A stretch of 64,000 bases of DNA from Shigella phage ESh26: the sequence record ON528736; one strand, 5' to 3'. Positions 56,641 to 64,000 of the stretch are shown in pieces. The stretch's first letter is position 1; every line of letters starts with the position of its first letter. The notes under the pieces were generated by a model. That model saw nothing but the letters and a program-made list of their open reading frames with translations, made no database searches and was not told the origin of the DNA. Position numbers and translations under genes: made by a program.

Positions 56641-57449
56641 ACTTTGTTTGCAGAGAAACGTTTTCCTTTGGAGTAGAAGCTTTGGAGTGGCATTAACACA
56701 ACGTTCGCCCAGTCTTTCGGGGCGATTTCAACAAGGCTACCCATGATATTACCGGGTATATATGCCTTAATCATTTGATCTGCACCCCTAAATCCTTTCA
56801 CTTGACTCCAATCAATTTTTAATTTCGTTTTATTAGTAATAGTAGGTGTATTTGAATATTGCTTTAAAAGCTCTTCTAGAAATTGCTGACGAGCTTTAGG
56901 TGGAATATAGTGCAAGTTCAATCCGTACATTAAATTATGTTTACCTAAACCAAGATAAATTATCAAAGGAAATTTATCCCAGTAAGGAAGAGTTTCCTTG
57001 TGTTTAGCATCATAAGCAAAAGCATATATTCGTCCCGGCTGCGGGCGAACAACTTTATGTCCTTTTACTTGCTTAATAGTTTCAGCAAACCACTTTCTGG
57101 TTTTATTATTAATTGCTGCGCCTTCATTACGAATTTTATCACGCAATGTTTGCCTGAATGAATTTATCATAAGCAGTTGTCTTTCTTGCTTATTGAGTTT
57201 ATTCATTGGTTTTGATTCAAGCTTTTGAATCTTTTCAGCTGTTTTAATTCCTGAAGCATATTTTGACATTGCTGAAGTAAACGTAGAGTATTTGATTCCT
57301 CTTTCTTCGGCAAATTGCTTTCCTGTCATTCCTTTTGCTTTGGCCTTTTTGTATTCAAGACCTATCTGAATCCATTTCTTTTCGTTTAATGATTGCTTAA
57401 CCTTTGGAACTTGGGGAGTGCTTTCATTAATTATTTGAAAAATAGCCAT
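56622..57449 (-). CDS. 2: DNA end protector gp2
   Basis: 275 aa, T4 length and synteny. Confidence 0.85.
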   Translation of the reverse strand: MAIFQIINESTPQVPKVKQSLNEKKWIQIGLEYKKAKAKGMTGKQFAEERGIKYSTFTSAMSKYASGIKTAEKIQKLESKPMNKLNKQERQLLMINSFRQTLRDKIRNEGAAINNKTRKWFAETIKQVKGHKVVRPQPGRIYAFAYDAKHKETLPYWDKFPLIIYLGLGKHNLMYGLNLHYIPPKARQQFLEELLKQYSNTPTITNKTKLKIDWSQVKGFRGADQMIKAYIPGNIMGSLVEIAPKDWANVVLMPLQSFYSKGKRFSANKVWSNVR

Positions 57450-57901
57450 TATGCCCCCTTAAAGCCAAGAGCTCGTAATCCATCTTCTGTTAGAATTCTA
57501 AATTTTATTCCGCGCTTTTCAGCTAAAGCTTGCGCTGCTTTCCATTTATCAGTATTAACGGAATATGTATAAATTTCATTCATAAATCTTTTCTTCGCTG
57601 CAGTTGTTAGATGTGCTGGTTTAACTGGTGGTTGTGTTTCTTTTTTAGGTTTTATTTCAATAAAAAATTCTTGACCAGAAGAATCTTTCATCCAAATATC
57701 CATGAAGTATCTACGTTTTTTCCCTTCTGCATTACAAAAATAAGGAATTACTGCTGTTTCACTACCCCATGCAATAATTTCTGGATTTTTATCTAACCAT
57801 TCAAAAAAGAATTTTTCCCAATTTGATCTATACGTAATTTTTTTAGGGTCACCTCTATATTTTGATATATTTTTAGGAACCCATTTTCCAGAATATGCCA
57901 T
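57449..57901 (-). CDS. 4: head completion protein gp4
   Basis: 150 aa, T4 length and synteny. Confidence 0.85.
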   Translation of the reverse strand: MAYSGKWVPKNISKYRGDPKKITYRSNWEKFFFEWLDKNPEIIAWGSETAVIPYFCNAEGKKRRYFMDIWMKDSSGQEFFIEIKPKKETQPPVKPAHLTTAAKKRFMNEIYTYSVNTDKWKAAQALAEKRGIKFRILTEDGLRALGFKGA

Positions 57902-57912
57902 TGGATTCTCCT

Positions 57913-57920
57913 TATAAATA
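57913..57920 (+). promoter_or_regulatory. late promoter TATAAATA for gene 53
   Basis: plus-strand TATAAATA 29 nt upstream of ATG 57949. Confidence 0.7.
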
Positions 57921-57948
57921 GATAATATATTTATAAACAGGAGGGCCC

Positions 57949-58539
57949 ATGCTCTTTACATTTTTTGATCCGATTGAATATGCGGCCAAAACGGTGAATA
58001 AAAACGCGCCGACTATTCCTATGACAGATATTTTTAGAAACTATAAAGACTATTTCAAACGTGCTCTTGCGGGGTACCGCTTACGTACTTATTATATTAA
58101 AGGTTCACCACGCCCGGAAGAATTAGCAAATGCTATATATGGAAATCCGCAGTTGTATTGGGTTTTATTGATGTGTAATGATAATTATGATCCGTATTAT
58201 GGATGGATTACTTCGCAAGAAGCTGCTTATCAAGCATCTATACAAAAATACAAAAACGTAGGTGGAGACCAAATAGTATATCATGTGAACGAGAACGGTG
58301 AAAAATTTTATAATTTAGTATCATATGATGATAATCCATATGTTTGGTATGACAAAGGCGATAAAGCTAGAAAATATCCTCAATATGAAGGAGCACTTGC
58401 TGCGGTCGATACGTATGAAGCTGCTGTTCTTGAAAATGAAAAACTTCGTCAAATAAAAATAATAGCAAAATCAGACATCAATTCATTTATGAACGACCTT
58501 ATACGTATAATGGAGAAATCTTATGGAAATGATAAGTAA
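57949..58539 (+). CDS. 53: baseplate wedge protein gp53
   Basis: 196 aa, late promoter TATAAATA 57913-57920. Confidence 0.85.
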   Translation: MLFTFFDPIEYAAKTVNKNAPTIPMTDIFRNYKDYFKRALAGYRLRTYYIKGSPRPEELANAIYGNPQLYWVLLMCNDNYDPYYGWITSQEAAYQASIQKYKNVGGDQIVYHVNENGEKFYNLVSYDDNPYVWYDKGDKARKYPQYEGALAAVDTYEAAVLENEKLRQIKIIAKSDINSFMNDLIRIMEKSYGNDK

Positions 58540-60250
58540 TAACCTTAATTGGTTTGTTGGTGTTGTTGAAGATAGAATGGACCCATTAAAATTAGGTCGT
58601 GTTCGTGTTCGTGTAGTTGGTCTGCATCCACCTCAAAGAGCACAAGGCGACGTAATGGGTATTCCAACCGATAAATTACCATGGATGTCAGTTATTCAAC
58701 CTATAACTTCTGCAGCAATGTCTGGAATTGGAGGATCAGTTACTGGTCCGGTAGAAGGAACTAGAGTTTATGGTCATTTTTTAGACAAATGGAAAACTAA
58801 CGGAATTGTCCTTGGCACGTATGGTGGAATAGTTCGCGAAAAGCCTAATAGACTTGAAGGATTTTCTGACCCGACTGGACAGTATCCTAGACGTCTAGGA
58901 AATGATACTAACGTATTAAACCAAGGCGGAGAAGTAGGATATGATTCGTCTTCTAATATTATCCAAGACAGTAATCTAGACACTGCGATAAATCCCGATG
59001 ATAGACCGCTATCAGAGATTCCAACTGATGATAATCCAAATATGTCAATGGCTGAAATGCTTCGCCGTGATGAAGGATTAAGACTAAAAGTTTATTGGGA
59101 TACTGAAGGATATCCGACAATTGGTATTGGTCATCTTATCATGAAGCAGCCAGTTCGTGATATGACTCAAATTAATAAAGTTTTATCAAAACAAGTTGGT
59201 CGTGAAATTACCGGAAATCCAGGTTCTATTACAATGGAAGAAGCGGTAACTTTATTTGAACGTGATTTGGCTGATATGCAACGTGACATTAAATCACATT
59301 CTAAAGTTGGCCCAGTTTGGCAAGCAGTTAATCGTTCTCGTCAAATGGCATTAGAAAATATGGCATTTCAGATGGGTGTTGGTGGTGTAGCTAAATTTAA
59401 CACAATGTTAACTGCTATGTTAGCCGGAGATTGGGAAAAAGCATATAAAGCTGGTCGTGATTCATTGTGGTATCAACAAACAAAAGGCCGTGCATCCCGT
59501 GTTACCATGATTATTCTCACAGGGAATTTGGAATCATACGGTATTGAAGTGAAAACACCGGCTAGGTCTTTGTCAGCAATGGCTGCTACTGTAGCAAAGT
59601 CTTCTGATCCAGCTGACCCTCCTATTCCGAATGATTCGAGAATTTTATTTAAAGAACCTGTTTCTTCATATAAAGGCGAATATCCGTATGTTCATACAAT
59701 GGAAACTGAAAGCGGTCATATTCAGGAGTTTGATGATACCCCTGGGCAAGAACGATACAGATTAGTTCATCCGACTGGAACATATGAGGAAGTATCACCG
59801 TCAGGAAGAAGAACAAGAAAAACTGTTGATAATTTGTATGATATAACAAATGCTGATGGTAATTTTTTGGTAGCTGGCGATAAAAAGACTAACGTCGGTG
59901 GGTCAGAAATTTATTACAACATGGATAATCGTCTCCACCAAATAGATGGAAGCAATACAATATTTGTGCGTGGCGATGAAACTAAGACGGTTGAAGGTAA
60001 TGGAACTATCCTAGTCAAAGGTAATGTTACTATTGTAGTTGAAGGTAATGCTGACATTACAGTTAAAGGAGATGCTACCACTTTAGTTGAAGGAAATCAG
60101 ACTAATACAGTAAATGGAAATCTTTCTTGGAAAGTTGCTGGGACAGTTGATTGGGACGTTGGTGGTGATTGGACAGAAAAAATGGCATCTATGAGTTCTA
60201 TTTCATCTGGTCAATACACAATTGATGGATCGAGGATTGACATTGGCTAA
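58523..60250 (+). CDS. 5: baseplate hub/tail lysozyme gp5
   Basis: 575 aa; lysozyme domain MAEMLRRDEGLRLKVYWDTEGYPTIGIGHL; C-terminal VxG beta-helix repeats. Confidence 0.95.
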   Translation: MEMISNNLNWFVGVVEDRMDPLKLGRVRVRVVGLHPPQRAQGDVMGIPTDKLPWMSVIQPITSAAMSGIGGSVTGPVEGTRVYGHFLDKWKTNGIVLGTYGGIVREKPNRLEGFSDPTGQYPRRLGNDTNVLNQGGEVGYDSSSNIIQDSNLDTAINPDDRPLSEIPTDDNPNMSMAEMLRRDEGLRLKVYWDTEGYPTIGIGHLIMKQPVRDMTQINKVLSKQVGREITGNPGSITMEEAVTLFERDLADMQRDIKSHSKVGPVWQAVNRSRQMALENMAFQMGVGGVAKFNTMLTAMLAGDWEKAYKAGRDSLWYQQTKGRASRVTMIILTGNLESYGIEVKTPARSLSAMAATVAKSSDPADPPIPNDSRILFKEPVSSYKGEYPYVHTMETESGHIQEFDDTPGQERYRLVHPTGTYEEVSPSGRRTRKTVDNLYDITNADGNFLVAGDKKTNVGGSEIYYNMDNRLHQIDGSNTIFVRGDETKTVEGNGTILVKGNVTIVVEGNADITVKGDATTLVEGNQTNTVNGNLSWKVAGTVDWDVGGDWTEKMASMSSISSGQYTIDGSRIDIG

Positions 60251-60779
60251 TATACTTCCAATGAGCGCTGATTTAGGAGAATCCATGGAAGGTTCTTCTA
60301 TCGACGTCACCTTTACCGCTCAATTAGAAACAGGTGAAACGTTAGTATCTATAAATATAACTAGTTACGAAGAAACTCCTGGGGTTTTAGTAGAAGAAAA
60401 TCGTTTATATGGAACGTATGAATCTGTATTTGGATTTGGAAATGATGCATTGAAATATCGTTTAGATAATGAATTTAAAACTGCTGCTTCATGGGAAGAC
60501 CTTCCAACTGATTCTAATACTCAGTTATATTTATGGAAAGCTCCTCAAAACCTCCAGAAGACATTCACTTACGAAGTAACATTAATATATGACTACCAAG
60601 AACAAGGTGAATCTGGAGGTTCTGGCAGTAATTCTAGGTCATCTTCTGATACTACTGAACCAACTGATCCTCCAGCTCCAATAAGAAAAACTCTTGTTAA
60701 AAATTATACAAAAACTATAGTTGGAAATTGGAGCCGTTGGGCTAATAAATTGAGAAGCTACGTGTATGAGAGGCCATAA
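60222..60779 (+). CDS. gp5.1-like protein
   Basis: ORF after gene 5; start uncertain (60222 or 60261). Confidence 0.5.
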
Positions 60780-61073
60780 ATGTCAGGATTAAGTTATGAT
60801 AAGTGTGTTACTGCCGGCCATGAAGCATGGCCTCCAACAGTTGTGAATGCTACGCAAAGTAAAGTATTCACTGGAGGAATTGCTGTTCTCGTAGCAGGTG
60901 ATCCAATTACAGAACATACAGAAATTAAAAAGCCATATGAAACACATGGCGGAGTGACACAACCTAGAACTTCTAAGGTATATGTCACTGGAAAGAAAGC
61001 TGTTCAAATGGCTGATCCAATATCATGCGGTGATACAGTGGCTCAGGCATCATCTAAAGTATTCATTAAATAG
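60780..61073 (+). CDS. 5.4: gp5.4 PAAR-like spike tip protein
   Basis: 97 aa, Gly/Val-rich with Cys/His. Confidence 0.75.
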
Positions 61074-61081
61074 GATTTAAA

Positions 61082-63064
61082 ATGGCAAATACCCCTGTAA
61101 ATTATCAATTAACAAGAACAGCAAATGCTATTCCCGAGATATTCGTCGGGGGTACATTTGCTGAAATAAAACAAAACCTCATTGAATGGCTTAATGGCCA
61201 AAATGAATTTTTGGATTATGATTTTGAAGGCTCAAGATTAAACGTTCTGTGCGACCTTTTGGCTTATAATACATTATACATTCAGCAGTTTGGTAATGCT
61301 GCCTTGTACGAAAGCTTTATGCGTACTGCTAATTTGCGTAGTTCAGTAGTTCAAGCTGCACAAGATAATGGATATTTACCTACTTCAAAATCAGCTGCTC
61401 AAACTGAAATTATGCTAACTTGTACAGACGCATTGAATAGAAATTACATTACTATTCCTCGTGGTACTCGCTTTTTAGCATATGCAAAAGATACTTCAGT
61501 TAATCCTTACAACTTTGTATCTACCGAAGATGTTATTGCTATTCGCGATAAAAATAACCAATATTTTCCACGTTTAAAATTAGCCCAGGGGCGTATAGTA
61601 AGAACTGAAATCATTTATGATAAATTAACACCTATTATCATTTATGACAAAAATATAGATAGAAACCAAGTTAAACTATACGTTGATGGAGCAGAATGGA
61701 TTAACTGGACAAGAAAGTCAATGGTTCATGCTGGTTCTACATCGACAATTTACTACATGCGTGAAACTATTGATGGAAATACTGAGTTTTATTTTGGTGA
61801 AGGCGAGATTTCTGTTAATGCGGCAGAAGGAGCATTGACTGCTAATTATATTGGAGGTCTTAAACCTACCCAGAACTCTACGATTGTTATTGAGTACATC
61901 AGTACTAACGGTGCAGATGCGAATGGCGCAGTCGGATTTTCATATGCAGATACATTAACAAATATAACTGTCATCAACATTAATGAAAATCCAAACGATG
62001 ACCCAGATTTTGTTGGGGCAGATGGCGGCGGCGATCCAGAAGATATTGAACGTATTCGCGAATTGGGTACTATTAAACGCGAAACCCAGCAACGCTGCGT
62101 AACTGCAACTGACTATGATACATTCGTTTCAGAGAGATTTGGTTCTATTATTCAAGCAGTTCAGACGTTCACTGATTCTACTAAACCTGGTTATGCATTT
62201 ATTGCTGCTAAACCTAAATCAGGTCTGTATTTAACTACCGTACAGCGCGAAGATATTAAAAATTATCTCAAAGACTATAATTTAGCTCCTATTACGCCAT
62301 CAATTATTTCTCCTAATTATCTTTTTATTAAGACTAATTTAAAAGTCACATATGCTTTAAATAAGCTGCAAGAATCCGAACAGTGGCTCGAAGGTCAAAT
62401 AATTGATAAAATTGATCGTTATTATACCGAAGATGTAGAAATTTTTAACTCATCTTTCGCTAAATCTAAGATGTTGACATATGTAGATGATGCAGATCAT
62501 TCTATCATTGGTTCATCAGCGACAATTCAAATTGTTCGTGAAGTACAAAACTTCTATAAAACGCCTGAAGCAGGTATTAAATACAATAATCAAATAAAAG
62601 ATCGTTCTATGGAATCTAATACGTTTTCATTTAATTCTGGACGAAAGGTTGTAAATCCTGATACTGGTTTAGAAGAAGATGTATTATATGACGTTCGCAT
62701 AGTATCAACAGACCGAGATTCTAAAGGAATTGGTAAAGTTATTATTGGTCCATTTGCTTCTGGCGATGTTACAGAAAATGAAAACATTCAGCCATATACA
62801 GGCAACGATTTTAACAAATTAGCAAATTCTGATGGACGCGACAAATACTATGTTATCGGTGAAATAAATTATCCAGCTGATGTGATTTATTGGAATATCG
62901 CTAAAATTAATTTAACATCTGAAAAATTTGAAGTTCAGACCATCGAATTATATTCTGACCCAACCGATGATGTTATCTTTACTCGCGACGGTTCACTGAT
63001 TGTATTTGAAAATGACTTACGTCCACAATACTTAACTATCGATTTGGAGCCTATATCACAATGA
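61082..63064 (+). CDS. 6: baseplate wedge protein gp6
   Basis: 660 aa, T4 length and synteny. Confidence 0.9.
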   Translation: MANTPVNYQLTRTANAIPEIFVGGTFAEIKQNLIEWLNGQNEFLDYDFEGSRLNVLCDLLAYNTLYIQQFGNAALYESFMRTANLRSSVVQAAQDNGYLPTSKSAAQTEIMLTCTDALNRNYITIPRGTRFLAYAKDTSVNPYNFVSTEDVIAIRDKNNQYFPRLKLAQGRIVRTEIIYDKLTPIIIYDKNIDRNQVKLYVDGAEWINWTRKSMVHAGSTSTIYYMRETIDGNTEFYFGEGEISVNAAEGALTANYIGGLKPTQNSTIVIEYISTNGADANGAVGFSYADTLTNITVININENPNDDPDFVGADGGGDPEDIERIRELGTIKRETQQRCVTATDYDTFVSERFGSIIQAVQTFTDSTKPGYAFIAAKPKSGLYLTTVQREDIKNYLKDYNLAPITPSIISPNYLFIKTNLKVTYALNKLQESEQWLEGQIIDKIDRYYTEDVEIFNSSFAKSKMLTYVDDADHSIIGSSATIQIVREVQNFYKTPEAGIKYNNQIKDRSMESNTFSFNSGRKVVNPDTGLEEDVLYDVRIVSTDRDSKGIGKVIIGPFASGDVTENENIQPYTGNDFNKLANSDGRDKYYVIGEINYPADVIYWNIAKINLTSEKFEVQTIELYSDPTDDVIFTRDGSLIVFENDLRPQYLTIDLEPISQ

Positions 63065-64000
63065 CAGTAAAAGCACCTTCAGTCACTAGTCTCAGAATTT
63101 CCAAGTTATCCGCAAATCAGGTGCAAGTACGCTGGGATGACGTTGGTGCTAATTTCTACTATTTTGTAGAAATCGCTGAGACAAAAACAAACTCGGGGGA
63201 AAATCTCCCGAGTAATCAATACAGATGGATTAACTTAGGATATACTGCAAATAACAGCTTCTTTTTTGATGATGCTGACCCATTGACATCATACGTTATT
63301 AGAGTAGCTACAGCTGCACAAGATTTTGAGCAGTCTGATTGGATTTATACCGAAGAGTTTGAAACTTTTGCTACAAATGCTTATACATTTCAAAACATGA
63401 TTGAAATGCAATTAGCTAATAAATTCATTCAGGAAAAATTTACTCTTAATAATTCTGATTATGTTAATTTTAACAATGACACTATAATGGCTGCATTGAT
63501 GAATGAATCATTTCAATTCAGCCCATCATATGTTGATGTTTCATCAATAAGTAATTTTATTATTGGTGAAAATGAGTATCATGAAATACAAGGTTCTATT
63601 CAGCAAGTATGTAAGGATATTAACCGAGTTTATTTGATGGAATCAGAAGGGATTCTATACCTTTTTGAGCGCTATCAACCTGTAGTTAAAGTATCCAATG
63701 ATAAAGGACAAACTTGGAAAGCTGTAAAGCTCTTCAATGACCGCGTAGGATATCCTTTATCTAAGACAGTATATTACCAATCTGCGAACACAACATACGT
63801 TCTAGGATACGACAAGATTTTCTATGGCCGCAAATCTACTGATGTTAGATGGTCAGCTGATGATGTCAGATTTAGTTCTCAGGATATAACATTTGCTAAA
63901 CTTGGCGACCAATTACATTTAGGATTTGATGTAGAAATTTTTGCCACTTACGCGACTTTACCAGCGAATGTATATCGCATTGCAGAAGCTATTACTTGCA
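63061..64000 (+). CDS. 7: baseplate wedge protein gp7, N-terminal part (runs off window end)
   Basis: ATG 63061 overlapping gp6 stop (ATGA), open to window end. Confidence 0.8.
   Translation, partial: MTVKAPSVTSLRISKLSANQVQVRWDDVGANFYYFVEIAETKTNSGENLPSNQYRWINLGYTANNSFFFDDADPLTSYVIRVATAAQDFEQSDWIYTEEFETFATNAYTFQNMIEMQLANKFIQEKFTLNNSDYVNFNNDTIMAALMNESFQFSPSYVDVSSISNFIIGENEYHEIQGSIQQVCKDINRVYLMESEGILYLFERYQPVVKVSNDKGQTWKAVKLFNDRVGYPLSKTVYYQSANTTYVLGYDKIFYGRKSTDVRWSADDVRFSSQDITFAKLGDQLHLGFDVEIFATYATLPANVYRIAEAITC

Noticed and set aside
60350-60357. Plus-strand TATAAATA inside the gp5.1 coding region as a possible internal late promoter for 5.4 and 6
   Set aside because: An 8-mer within coding sequence in an AT-rich genome can arise by chance; not reported as a feature without transcript data.

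Overview
This window is a contiguous 64 kb stretch of a T4-like (T-even, Tevenvirinae) coliphage genome, colinear with T4 from the start of gene 61 through the replication and early gene block (41, uvsX, 42, 43, regA, 62, 44, 45, 46, 47, a-gt, 55, nrdH/G/D, 49, nrdC, rI, tk, regB, denV, e, nudE), internal-protein loci, a tRNA cluster, 57B/57A, genes 1, 3, 2, 4, and then the plus-strand baseplate genes 53, 5, 5.1, 5.4, 6 and the start of 7. Nearly everything up to about 57.9 kb is on the minus strand; late baseplate genes switch to the plus strand after a divergent region between gene 4 and gene 53. Protein identities are assigned from motifs and from my recall of T4 protein sequences (lysozyme e, endonuclease VII, RI, Dmd, RegA and RegB look near-identical to T4); no database search was run. 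It is not T4 itself: nrdD is intronless, the beta-gt locus holds a different glycosyltransferase, there are no segA/mobC/mobD-type insertions, and the internal-protein genes are arranged differently. I found no single clearly foreign system. The most unusual items are: an internal-protein gene whose capsid-targeting leader is frameshifted from its body; 11 tRNA genes (Tyr, Asn and His in addition to the T4 set of eight) followed by a 312 nt structured non-coding region with a tRNA T-arm motif; an early operon ending in an MNT-type nucleotidyltransferase next to a P-loop ATPase; a macrodomain protein; four tandem coiled-coil paralogs; an HNH endonuclease between genes 3 and 2; and a G-quadruplex motif with tandem 10-mers upstream of an early promoter. 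Known T4-type anti-defence genes are present (dmd, sp, imm, 57B/Acb1, and candidates for 61.2/AdfA, 61.4/TifA and vs.4/Acb2).
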